Origin: Chrysomallon squamiferum
Lineage: Eukaryota > Animalia > Mollusca
Direction of reading: 5' to 3'
NCBI GenBank assembly: GCA_012295275.1
Contig: CM022665.1
Coordinates: 10,540,001-10,604,000 of the forward strand
Length of the DNA stretch: 64,000 nt
The position numbers and the translations under genes were made by a program. Position 1 is the first letter of the stretch, and every line of letters begins with the position of its first letter. Below, piece after piece: positions 13,748-26,432 of this stretch. Under the pieces are notes generated by a model. That model did no database searches and was not told the origin of the DNA. It was given only the letters and a program-made list of their open reading frames with translations.

Positions 13748-16508
13748 TTCTTATAACCTCTCTACAAACATTGATTAGTTTATAATGAGAATACTGGAAA
13801 ACTGTGTGTGTGTGTGTGTTAATTAAGAAACATTCTGTGTTTCAGCCTGAACTCTTCAAGCAGCCAGGAAGTCCTCAAGAGATTCGTGCTGTAATAGACA
13901 GTCTTGATACAGGAGTACCCCAGACTCTCAGTATCCTTTGTACACCATTAATATAAAACACTTGCTTTAATGATTCATTTCAAAGTAATACCTAATACAC
14001 AAGTTGTAATAGTACTTAAAATAAAATTAAGCTCTATTGTCTGGGTATCCACAGTTGTTTAGTCTTGTTTTTGGTTTTTTTAACAACATTTACAAGTCTT
14101 TATGTTATTGTCACTTGTTTCACATTCATTTCTTGTTCTGGGTTAAACTTTGGAAAAATAGTTTTGGGTTAAGTTCAGTAGGAATATCTGCATTCAGAGA
14201 TGGCCTATCAAATGTTCACTGAGGTTTAAAAAAGGAATTTTATTTTCCAAATCCCCATAAAGATTCATCTTAAAATGTGAATAAGCAGGGTCTAAACAAA
14301 ACAGGACTATCAACGGCATGTTCATTTTTATTGTAATTTACAAAATAACAAAACTGGTGACAACATTACGTTTTTAAAGAAAATTAATAAGATGTATTCT
14401 GTGTTTCAGACTGAAATTTCTAATTACACTTTTTCTATTGTCAGGATTCATGGTGTCTCAGACTTGTATGAACTGTCCCAGTTTACATTGCAGTACATCC
14501 ATTTTGCTTCCCTAGTTCACTGCAGTTAATATCATAACAGCTGTAAATGAAGTTCGTTCCTGTATAGATATACAGTTATATGTCACACAATAATTAGCTA
14601 ATTAATAAAACTATTATAAAGTACATTATCATTGTTTAAAAATAAAATGATTTTGTCCGTTGGAAAATATTTACCATGGCAAGTGTTGGTCTGTGGTAAA
14701 GAAAGGAAGATTTAGAAAGTGATGTATTGTAAAAACAAATGATTACCATTCTTTATACATGCTTTATACATACATGTATGTAAGTGAGTTTTCTGAGTTC
14801 ATCACATTCCTTCCTACATACAAATACATAGCACATTATTAAATATTAGCTAATTAATAAAACTGTCTTTATAATTATTTTATCTACAATTAAAAATGAA
14901 ATCTAAATATACACAGTAGAAAAATACTAACCATGGCCAGTGTTATTCTATGGCTGATTTACAAATGATGTGATATGAAGGGAAAGCAAGTAAATACAAC
15001 AGTTATGAAAGTATATTTTTTCTTATGAGTATCAGATGCCAGTGTTCATGCAGTTGCTGAGTGTCTGCTTCTGTTTTTGGAGTCTCTTGCAGAACCTACA
15101 ATACCTTTCACTTTTTATCAGCAGTGCTTGGACTCTTTTAACAGCTTCAGTCAGTGTAAACAGGTAAAAATGTTATATGTTCATTTTGAGAAAAATACTC
15201 ATTTCATTATCATTAGATGATAATGGTCTGTGATACCGTAAAACATGGATCTGCAGAAGGCATTTAATTATAATGCTTCTGTATGTGTGTACATTGAGTG
15301 TATGTGTACACACGTACATATTAGGCAGATGTTTAAGCCTATTTAATTTAATAAATATATTTTCATTTGATTTCAGCCACTTGCATCCATTATATTATTT
15401 ACAGTGTATATGTTTATACCTTTTTAAGCTTATAATTTTTAAGATATAATTAAATTTGAAAAATTCGGGATTATAAAAGCTTTCAGTAACCATCAAGAAG
15501 ATATTTAAATCGTAATTAAATGTATATCCAGGATCATTTGGTAAATATTTTTATCTTATTAAATTTCACTGATACTAACCTGTTCACTTCTTCCTTTTTT
15601 ATCCATAATGTTGATTCTTTTAAAAACTTTTTTTAACATGGAATTACACTGTCACACAGCAAACAATAACATGCACATTTGTAACCTGAAATTTAAAAAC
15701 GTTTACTTGATGTCATAATAAAACTTAATGATTGAGATTTAAACTTTGTTTCCCCTCTATTTTCAGGTGTTGTTAAAAATACCTGCATCACATCGTAACT
15801 TGTTTAAATATATCTGTGCATTTCTTCGAGAGCTCATGGCATGCAACCAACATCTTGATGTACGATTCCTTTGTGAGTATTAATTGTTAATATTTTAATT
15901 ATCTGCTTTTGGGAAAAGTTAGTCACATGGTAATTACATATGCTTTTTGTCATTTACATATATTTCAAGAAATGATCACATTAATTATAATATTTCAAGA
16001 ATTAATAGTCCTTTAAAATTACATAGTCTTTAAGATAATATTCATTTTTTTTTTTGTTGATTTTGTTTTTGTTATCTTTTTTATTTTTTTATTATTGTTC
16101 TTTACAAAGAATTCATTTAAAGTAAAACTGATTAAGATCAAATATACTTTTCTTCAAAATGAATTAATCAGTTACAATTACTTCAAAGTATAATTATTCA
16201 CTTTATCTTTTTTCAGGGAAATATGAGTCAATTTTAATTACTTAAAATGATAATTTAGTTTTTTTGGTTTTTTTTTTAATTTTTTAAAGTAATTGTTTAA
16301 GAAAGAATAAAAAGTCATTTTGAAATATTAATTTCAAGTAATTATTTGCCAATTTTATTTATTTATTGCAAAGAATAATTAGTCACTCTTAGTTACTTTA
16401 TTCAAGGTTAATTAATCACTTCAAACTTCTTTATTAATTCAAGTAGTAATAAAGGATTTTATTTTCCTTCATATATATGTGTCTGTGTATATATGTATGT
16501 ATTGTATG

Positions 16509-16555
<47 letters not shown>

Positions 16556-16702
16556 CTAGCTGCTATTTTTGGAGAAGTTATGCTGAGATCGCCTCCACCC
16601 AGCAAAGATTCACCTCCACCAGACAAAAGAAGAAAGAAGAGTGAAGAAGAGAAAAAAGCTGTTTTCATGCATCACTTTCTAACCAATGATTACGATGATT
16701 GA
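948..16702 (+). CDS. OCRL: OCRL/INPP5B-like type II inositol polyphosphate 5-phosphatase (5'-partial, 24 exons)
   Basis: Phase-consistent exons: 948-1048, 1317-1349, 1766-1870, 2437-2580, 2895-3003, 4431-4589, 4905-5006, 5635-5749, 6336-6452, 6959-7066, 7442-7512, 7879-7996, 9010-9125, 9695-9830, 10641-10751, 11357-11425, 11680-11776, 12271-12395, 12776-12886, 13291-13389, 13846-13930, 15036-15163, 15767-15872, 16560-16702 (TGA). Motifs: [80 protein letters not shown]. Probably the pre-duplication OCRL/INPP5B orthologue. Confidence 0.95.
1251..1310. repeat. (TTA)n microsatellite
   Basis: About 20 units directly before the acceptor at 1315-1316. Confidence 0.95.
2220..2400. repeat. Degenerate about 70-bp tandem repeat x3
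   Basis: TTTTGAA..A..ATGAAGTAA.A.A..ATAAT at about 2221, 2291 and 2360. Confidence 0.7.
4905..9830 (+). CDS. OCRL: 5-phosphatase catalytic-domain exons
   Basis: Eight exons (4905-5006 to 9695-9830) give intact motifs [31 protein letters not shown] and SDHKPV. Confidence 0.97.
6511..6594. repeat. (TC)n microsatellite
   Basis: 42 perfect units. Confidence 0.97.
10641..16702 (+). CDS. OCRL: ASH and RhoGAP-like domain exons
   Basis: [118 protein letters not shown], then stop at 16700-16702. Confidence 0.95.
12396..12775 (+). other. U12-type AT-AC intron (380 nt)
   Basis: 5' site ATATCCTTT (12396-12404), branch site TCCTTAAC (12759-12766), terminal AC (12774-12775). Splicing joins GKDFF to MTVSGNY in frame, matching OCRL-family GKDYF-LTISGNY. 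Confidence 0.95.
13682..13744. repeat. poly(T) tract
   Basis: About 63 consecutive T. Confidence 0.95.
13931..15035 (+). other. U12-type GT-AG intron (1105 nt)
   Basis: 5' site GTATCCTTT. Degenerate branch-like TTTCTTATG about 10 nt before AG (15034-15035). Joins [13 protein letters not shown] in frame. Confidence 0.85.
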
Positions 16703-17149
16703 AAAACAGATTCCTGTTTGATGAGGTTGTGATCAGATAAAGTGCATTATTTAAAAAAAAAAAAAAAAATGGAGATCTGTTAAAAATTGGTGTTACCAAC
16801 ATACTGCTCACAATTTAGAAAAAAAAAAAAAAAAAAGATATTGTGAAAAATTTAGTTTGCAGACTGTGATATTAGGATTTTTATTTATTAAACAGCAAAG
16901 ATTTAACTGAATGCTGTCTCTAACAAACAAACAAAAATGAGAAGAAGAAGAGAGGGGAACAAAAAATAAAATAAAAGACTACAATGAGTGGAATTCATCG
17001 ATTCAGCTTGCTTGATGATGTATTTAATCTGTATAAATGATCAGATTATACACTTTTACCCTGTTTCAAAATCTCACAGATGGAGGACATTCAGAACACA
17101 CGTAGAGTTTGCATTCCGTTTTTGCCTCTGATGTCGCTTTTTGTCTTTC

Positions 17150-17690
17150 TGACATTTATATGTAATATAAGTGCCAATGTAATAAATGTCATTTGTATGT
17201 GTTATGTAACTTTTAATTTAATTATTATAATTAGTATTTGTAACAGGAATGCTAATGTAATTATTATTTGTGTAACACTGATGCTAATATTATAATGTGT
17301 ATGTCTTACACAATGCTAATGTAATAATTATAATGTATATGTGTTATGCGAATGCTAATGTTATAATTAGTATGTGTAACGCATGCAAAGTAATTATTAC
17401 TGTTCATGTTACATGAATGCTAATGTAATTATTATGTCTGTGTTACATGAATGCTAATGTTATAATTAGTATGTGCAATATGTGTGCAATATCTGTGCAA
17501 AGTAATTGTTGGTATTTGTATATTACAAAATGCTAATGTAATAATTATAATTACTAAGTGTAACATGGAAGTCAATGTAATAATTATAATTTGCATGTTT
17601 TGCACAATGCTAATGTAATTGCTATGTTTGTGTCACATAGGTGCTAAGTAGAGATTATTAAAATTATATCTGTGTATCATATGCTAATGT
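17150..17690. repeat. Degenerate about 35-40-bp minisatellite downstream of the OCRL stop
   Basis: Recurrent ATGCTAATGTAAT(T/A)ATTAT...TGTGT(T/A)ACA, more than 10 diverged units. Confidence 0.8.
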
Positions 17691-18613
17691 TTAAACACCA
17701 ACATTAGCAACATTTGGGAACAATCAATGTTTGTGCTTTTTATCCGTTTATGTTTGTTGTTTATTTTAATTGGTGCTGTTAACTGTATCACAGTTTTTTA
17801 TGGTAATGTATTTTATTATGAAAACTGAACTTTAATAACTGTTAACAAAAAATTAATAATAATAATAATTGTTCACAGATTAATATCAACTACATTGAAG
17901 AGTAGAAAGTGAATGAATTTTAACTTTTTAAATTTGACAACATTTTTGTTGGTGTTTATTCAGATATTAATATGGTCACTAGAATTTTTTTTTTTTTTTC
18001 TTTACAATAAAATGGCAGAACTAGTTCTTTAAGAAAACTCCTGTCCTTTTTAATTTCTAGGTTTGTTGATGTATAAAAAAATATATATATATATTGGAAT
18101 GAATTATTTATTTTTTGTACAGGATTCTGTACTGGTATCATCTGTTGCATTTTTAAAAACATCTTTCTTATTTTTATGGATTTTATTTATTTATTTATTT
18201 AAAAGGTTAGTGGCTTTGTTTTTGTTTTTTTTTAGTTTTTTCATTGTTTTTTTTTAGGTGTTTTTTTTTAAGATTTATTTTTATTTTTATTTTTATTTTT
18301 ATTTATTTATTTAATGCTTTATTTTTTAATTTATTAAATTTAGATGTTTTTTTTTTTTTTTTTTTTTTTTAATCTGTGCATTTGTTTATCTTTTAAAAAT
18401 TTAGTTTCTTTTTGTCTATTTGATTTGTCAATTTTAGATGCATAATTAGAGCAGAATCTCACATATAATAAAAAAACATAAAACAAAATTAAAGTAAATA
18501 TTAACAAAGTTTGGTATATAGCTAAAACCAACTGAGCTTGAAGAGTGTTCAAATAATGTGCATGTATATTTGGTCATATTAATTAAAAATTTTGTTTAAA
18601 AGTTAATTAACAT

Positions 18614-18645
<32 letters not shown>

Positions 18646-18854
18646 CTCAGTGATTATTTAGTGTCACAAACTGGCCACAAAAACAACTAAATTTTGATGT
18701 CACTGTGTATCAAAAGTATTTAGAAATTTTAATTAAATTGAACACTTTTCTTTACAGTATTTTTTAAACTCTAGTCTGGACAAATTTGTTGAATTTAAAA
18801 CTTTTTCAGATATTCACAGCAGTTATTTTATTTATTGATACAAAAAAAAAACAA

Positions 18855-18893
<39 letters not shown>

Positions 18894-19598
18894 ATCATGT
18901 CATTACTAATTATTGTTATTACATCATCTTCAAGATTCATATAACAATTTATTTTCATAACCAGAGAAAAAAAAAGAAAAAAAGCTACATCATTTTGTCA
19001 TGAAATAATTGCCATTTTCATTTTTAAATTTTGTAACAATCATGAACATATAACAAATATTATTTTTATGTTTCAGTGATATTAACTTGCATTTGATATT
19101 GATTTCTTCACAAATAAGGGTATATAGCCATCTAATACTGGTATGAGTAACCCAGGCATTATACTGGAATGATGGAAATGTGATAAAATTCCCCTGGAGA
19201 TTCTGGTATACCATGATTGGTAAAATGGTTGTCTTCATTACAAAGTCAGAACTTGCTCTAAAGTCACTGAAATGTTAATCTCTCTAGTCACATTAATTTT
19301 TTTCATATACTGTTTATTAATTTTTTAGCAGACAAGTTAAATGAATAAAGAAATTGAACTGTTTATTATTGTTAACAAAATCCAAGTTACAAATTTGAAT
19401 GTTTTAAATCATTTTTATCTGAATGTGTTTTGTAAATTAAAGTCTTTTGTTGGTTGGTTGGTTGGTTAATGGGTTCGTTTTGTTGGGACAGATATAAGAA
19501 AAATGTTTATTAATGTAATATTCCATCATGTTAATTTTAAACTGGTATTATTTTTTTAAGTAAGAAATTTTATCTTTGTTTATGAAGGTTGCTTTCTT

Positions 19599-19681
19599 TC
19601 TGTTTATTTGCTATTAGTTCTGTTATTTAGTTCTGTTTATTTGCTATTAGTTCTGTTATTTAGTTCTGTTTATTTGCTATT
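19599..19681. repeat. 33-bp tandem repeat x2.5
   Basis: TCTGTTTATTTGCTATTAGTTCTGTTATTTAGT repeated perfectly. Confidence 0.9.
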
Positions 19682-22600
19682 ATTAGCATTATATAATATG
19701 TGTGTGTGCATGCGTGTGTGCGTGCTTGCATGTGTGTGCCAATACATTTCACTGTTGCTAAAATGGCACAAATCATTAAATCTTACCTTCAGTGAAATAA
19801 ATGATCAGCAAGTTACATTTCAGAATACAAAACATCTCTACATCATCTGTGAGTAAAACTGACTTCACAAAGATAATTCAAAATTAGATTAAGTAATGAA
19901 CTAGAAGGAATAAAAATGTTAGTGACTGAACATGGATGTGAGTGAACTGATGTTTGAGAATCTTCGTGGGAAAATAATTATCTGTCATTCATTGTTTGTT
20001 TGTTTGTTTGTTTAATTTATTAAATTAATCTATTTTTTATTATTATTATTATTTATTTATTTTTTTTTTTTTTTTTTTTTCCCCACTGGCATTTCATCAC
20101 ATGGTGTTTTCAGTAAGGAAATGCTACACAGAATCTAACGTTTCTGCAAAGGGTTTTTCATTACCGGAAATATTAATGTGATTGCGCCAGTGATTGTTTT
20201 AATGCAACTGTCAACTTCACCCATGTTTACAATTTAATAATAACAACATTCTTTTATGTACCAAGATAATTTTATTTTCATATTTTACATTACTTATTTT
20301 CATGTGTTATATTTGTTACAAGCTGTATGGAAAGTATCTCTGAAAAATAATAAATTAAAAAAAAAATTAAAAAATTTGACAATAGCATAATTAATTACAA
20401 TTAATTAAAATGTATACTCTGTTTTGTTTACATACTGGAATTTACTAGTGAATGTTGATTTCTAAACTTGAGAAGAATAAGTCGTTGGTACACTTTTTAT
20501 AAAAAAAAAATGTATTTTATTTTGGAGACAATCTGTATCAGTATTAACAACAAGCTTCATTTTTATTTATTATTTTTTTTTTTTTTAAACATACCTAAAC
20601 TCACCCATACTTGGATATACATGGGGGTGGCATCCACTCTAATTTATTATTATTATTTTTTTAATTTTACAATTTTTTAATTTTTATTTCTTACATAATT
20701 CATCTTAGAACTTGCTATCACCACAATAATGATACCTCCTAGTGTACTGAAATCCTGAATCCACCCTCCTTAAACTGTACTTTCCCAGTTTGGAAATAAA
20801 AAGTTTCTTTTTTTGTTAATTATTATTTGATGTCACAGAGACGAGAATGATTTGGTTCTGCCAGTTAACACGTTTTCTTTTTCCAGATTCATAGCGTGGC
20901 ATTAAATAATATGACCAAGAAATACAAAGTTCCATGTTAACTTCATTTACTGAAATAAAATGTACAGATAAAATGCTGTTACTTGTTGTTCATTTATTTT
21001 AAACAGGTAAAACAGAGCTAAATGTTTGAAAATGTTATGAACTGTGCAATAATAACAATAATAATACAGCATTACCCAAAACAACATAAAATATATTTAT
21101 CTATCTATATATATATAGATATATTTCTTTTAGTTTATTCATTTATGCTGTTTTGTTTTAGGTAATGACTGCTTACTTTTCTTTGGAATAGTTCACCAAA
21201 ATTAAAAAACAAACCTGATCTTTAAGTCAATACAAGTCGAGGATTAAAGTGTACCTTTGGATATAATAATATATTATGAAGAATTAATCTAAATATATTT
21301 AGAATGTTTCCTTTTTTTTTTTTTTTTTTTTTTTTTTAGCCATCCAATCTTAATAACTAATAATAACAACCAAAAAAAAATAACTGTTTAAAAATATTTA
21401 ATCTAAAATGTCATCTAATGTTGACAGAAAATAAAATGTAGCTATGGGTGTTTTATGTACATTTTGTAGTTGATACAACAGTACATTCCAGTCTTTGACA
21501 AACTGGGTAGAATGGTAAACAGAAAGACCTGTGAAGGCATGAAGAGTAGATCTGACACCAGTTATTCCCCAGTCCTGTGCTTTACCATTCAGTTGTTTTT
21601 CACATTGAAAAACAGATAAGTTGAAGCAGAAATGAGTAAAAGAAACAAAAATGTATTCATAATAACCACCTTACAAATCAGTCCTAAAAGCAAACACAAT
21701 ATGAAAATCTTATTTTATTTTAAAATGTATGACAAATATTACACTCATTTATGAACTGATAATATAATGACAAAAATGTTACTTTGTAGTTAATTATATA
21801 ATGTAATGGAAGACTAAATAACATTTTATAGTAAGAAATTTTAACTTATATTTTACAGAAATAATCACGTAAACATTTAAGGTATATTGAAAAAAGAAGA
21901 AATATTTAAAATAGAAAATTTTGATAGCTGGCTTCAAATTTGTATTGGTTTATTTTTAATATTTTCGTTTAGAAAAATGTAACTTGATACATTAGCTTCA
22001 ACTTGTTCATCAAACCAGAAATTTTTTAATTTACTGCTATTAAAAATTATAAATAAAAGAAATAATAACAAAAAATATATGGATCGAGTCTAAACAGCAG
22101 TCTTAATAATTTTATTAAGAAACAACAAAGAAAATAAACATTTTCAAGTTCCTATGATACATATTCAACGATTAATATTTATTGGTAATAACCAATTTAT
22201 TACAAATTTATAAAGAATATATATTTATTTTTAAAAAAAAAAATTTTTTTTTTTTTTTTAAAAGATTAAAGTATTAAAAATAATATACAAAAGTATTCCT
22301 TTCATGCAAAAGAAAATTTTGGTAAAGAAAATGAAAAATGTATTTTAAGTAATAAAATCATGCGATGAAATTAGAAAGAGGGAAAGGAAGGATATAAAAA
22401 GTTAAATCTTAAAATCTTAAAATCTAATAATGTAAGAAAACATTTTCTATGTCATATGTAAAAAGTCAAAATATTGGCTTATAAACCAAATAATATTCAT
22501 TTTTTAAATTTGTTTTTCTTTTTTACAGCCAAACACCTGTTATTAACAAACTTTATTATGTTTTTAAAACCACTATGTTGAGTACAAAAATTAAAACAAT

Positions 22601-23459
22601 ATAAAATTAGAATAACATTTTATAATGGTACATTATTCCTTGTTATGAGCAAACTAAAAATCATTAGATCATTTGTAAAAACTAAGAAAATATGAATTTA
22701 AGAAACAAACAATATTATACAATTTTTATTTATTTATTTTTATTTTGTTTATTTTATTATTATTATTATTATTATTTTTTTTTTTTTTTTTTTTTTTGAG
22801 CAAACTAATCAGGATTGGTTTTTTTTTTTTTTTTTTGAAGATTTCACATCATACAACATAATTAATGTTGCAATGAATAATGATAATGAAAATGGATGTT
22901 TTGGTTATTTTTGGTTATATTTATTTGGTTTTATTATTCTTATTTTTTATTTATTTGATTATTATTTTATTATTTATTTTGTTTTATTATTTTGTTTTAT
23001 TTTTTTTTTTTTTTTAGTTAATACAAAGAAAATATAAAATGTGGGGAAAAAAGAAAAAGAAATTAAGTAAGATTGTATGATTAAATATCTTATTTATGAT
23101 GAAATTTGTTTTTTATTACAAAAATTACCTGAAACTGAAGTGTAAAAATATTTAAACAAATGAAAACGAGAACATGCTAAAAGAAATAAAAATGTAAAAC
23201 ATTAAAAAATGAGCAAATTTAAATATAAGAATAATTTAAAAATAAAAAAAATATCACTACTAACTGTCCATCACATTTTTAATAATATATTTAAAAATGA
23301 TAATTACAAAAAAACAAAGCAAAAAAAAAAATTAAAATCCAAAACAATAGGAACAAAAATGTATTACAAATACAAAAAACAACAACAAATAAACATGCAA
23401 CTAAAAGAAAATGTTTTGAACTCACTGTTTCTTTCAAAATTAAGAACTCTGGAGTTTTC

Positions 23460-23775
23460 AAAATCTTTACAATGATTTTCACAAACAAAACTGTTTGCTT
23501 CTCTAGGGTAATTTTCACAGAAAAAACAAAACAAATAAGAAACAACATAAAAACACTTTTAGTCCGAATTACACAAATAAAATTGTTGACCTATTTAGGA
23601 TTAATTTCACAAATAACAGTCCAAGGCAAGTTATACAATTCAAAAATGTTTATCTGTGTGGACATTAGACTCATAATTTTCACACAAATTTTTTTTTTTT
23701 TTTACTTCAATTTCTACAAATGAAATTGTTTACCTATCTATATTAAATTTCACAAATAAACTCTTTAAGTCCAAT
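23460..23775. repeat. Degenerate tandem repeat / local duplication
   Basis: Recurrent ATTTTCACAAA.AAAA. Segment 23570-23625 is duplicated at 23712-23770. Confidence 0.6.
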
Positions 23776-24907
23776 CCATCAAATGTTAAAAATTTCAAAT
23801 ATAAATGATCTTCATTTTTCTCTCTATTGTAACCATGGAAACAACAGAAGACATGACATAAAACTGATTATAAAAATAAAGGTGGGTTTTAAAAACTAAT
23901 CAAATAAGGTCTGGTGGGTCATATCACTTTCGTAAGGCAAAATATGTCAATATCCAATATAAATAAATCTTTTACAGAATAAATACGTGTTTGTTTGATG
24001 AGAACTTCATCGGTAGAAAACAAAGTGTGTATTGAGACCAAATATTGAGGTAATGAATAACATTAACAGATTCTTTCAGCAAACTGGAAACTTACTCAAA
24101 GACATCAAAAATGAAAGTCTGAACATATTTAGAAATCATTAAATTGTTTTTAAATTTTAACCAGTTGTAACCAGTTTAACCATACTGCAATCTTTAATTT
24201 TATTTATTTATTTATGTTGTAATATTTTCAGCAAAGAATAGCCAGTGTTTTACATTAGCAAATATGTGATTTGGGTCAGTACACACAAAGGGTAAGTTTA
24301 CTGACTGAACATTTAAGGACATTTATTATTAAAAAAACAGACTTGTACAAAATTTGTGGCAAATGTTTTATTTATTTAATGTTCTAAATTTATTCTGTCA
24401 TGATTCTAACTCAGATCCCTTCAGCACACATTTTTATTTTTTATTTTATTACTTCCTTATTTTTTAATTTAAAAAAAAAAAAAATAATAATAATAATAAA
24501 AAATAAAGAGGATTATCCCATATGACAACATGTTAATAACAAAAATACTTTTGTTGCCCTGCACTTTTCAGGTTAAAATAATTTTAACAATTAATATCAA
24601 CTGCATTTTATTACCCCGCAGTGAAAAAACATCAACAAGAAAATGTAATGAGCAAGTGATAATAATGTTAGAGGCATAAAAAATTAAGGCACAAATATTA
24701 AAAAAATAATAATAAAAAAGATAACAAATCAGCTTCATTATTTTATAACTATTAACAATAATCTTTGGTGGGTCATTATTTAAATTTTTTATTTAAGTAA
24801 CTGAAGAGTTTTGGTTTTCCAGAAATATTAGCTCATTAAGTGCATTTAAAAAAACACCAAAAAAAAAACCAACCTTTAACAACAAAAATATAGGTGAAAC
24901 AAAAAAA

Positions 24908-24938
<31 letters not shown>

Positions 24939-25267
24939 CATTTTCTGCATTCAAAACTAAATAAAATAAGAAAAATGGAATGAGAAAAAAAAGAAAGTCT
25001 TTAGATTGTTTTAAGTATTGTCTCATTATTCTAGGCTAAGCCAGAAAACACTGACACAGTATTAAGAAACTACATTTATAACTAAGCTGTATGTTGATAA
25101 AATAATAGGGCAAGTTTGGCAACATTTTTCAACATATCCAAAAGACCTTCTGACCTAAGTCTTAGAAAAATGCACACTAATTCTATCTAGCAGATAGTTC
25201 ATATTACATACTATAAATTTATTAGATATATATGTATATATTAATAATAAAAAAAAAGAAAAGAACA

Positions 25268-25350
25268 AAAGACCATTCACCAAATATAAAATTGAGAAAG
25301 TAATGTATTTAATTTTTAGTGCATCAAAAGCAAAACTGAAGATTCAGTTT
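25268..25350. repeat. Dispersed about 80-bp repeat, second copy at 28230-28312
   Basis: AAAGACCATTCA(C/T)CAAATATAAAAT...TAAT(G/A)TATTTAATTTT..TGCAT.AAAAG.AAAA...AAGATTCA is present in both places. Confidence 0.7.
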
Positions 25351-26432
25351 CAAAAAATTATTATAAGCTGTAATATTTACTGAATATATTCGAACGAATC
25401 AAGGAAAATTCAGACAGTACTGAATTATCATATTTTTACAGTTATGTATTATCATTTAATATACCCTGCATGTATTTGTAATTATTATGTTAAAACATTT
25501 ATTGTTGTGAACTGGTAACAAAAATACCAACTTAAGAAAAAAGCAGTAGTATACTTATTACTTGCTGCTCCATGTAAAGGTATGGATTTGTATGAACCCA
25601 TAGATAAGAAAGACTTAATAATCTAATATATGATGTCAGTTACTGCATTCTCTACTGCTATTATTTTAAGTCCATTTTAAGTCTTTTTCATGTCGTTTTA
25701 TGAATACTTTTTGATTCTCTTTAATTAACCAGTAAATGTATTCAATATTTATGGTGTCTCCATTATACTGCTGTTTTTCTGGGGGGTTTTGTTTGTTTTT
25801 TAACAGTCATCTAGCTTGTCAAATACAGGGAAATGGCCATGGTTCAAGAAGAACATGAAACCAAATAGCATACACTGAAGAACTGTTTGTTGTGTCAAAA
25901 TGTTTTTGTTCAAGATCCATATCAATAATTATAACTATTTGCTTTTGGCACATTTTATCTTAAAAATCAATTAGCTATTCCTTTTTCACAATTATTAAGT
26001 CAACTGAATAAACCTGAGTTTAAATAATATTGATAGCTGCACAAAATTTACCAATAAGGCATTATAATAATAACGATATTATTATTATTGTTTATTTTAA
26101 GAAAATATATACTGCCTGTATTATGCTAAAAACAATTATGGTAGTAAATTAAAAAGGAAAATGCATCAGACTGGATAGATATCAATGACAGTCCACCCAT
26201 ACCCACCCACCTGGGAGAAGTGGAAGTATTTGCATATTAAAAAAAATAGCAGAAACTGACTGAGATTATGCTGCCACAGAAGTTGGGGAAAGCACAGAGA
26301 TCCTAACAGTCACATTGTCATTTCTGAATCTGCTAAATGAACAGGACATTCAGTTATTATTTATTATATTATAAGTCCAGCAATAAAGTTAATACATGCA
26401 AATGAGACAACAACAGTACACTGATTACAAAA

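Noticed and set aside
15532-15540. 9-nt microexon candidate ag|GATCATTTG|gtaaat
   Set aside because: No pyrimidine tract and a weaker donor; consistent with chance.
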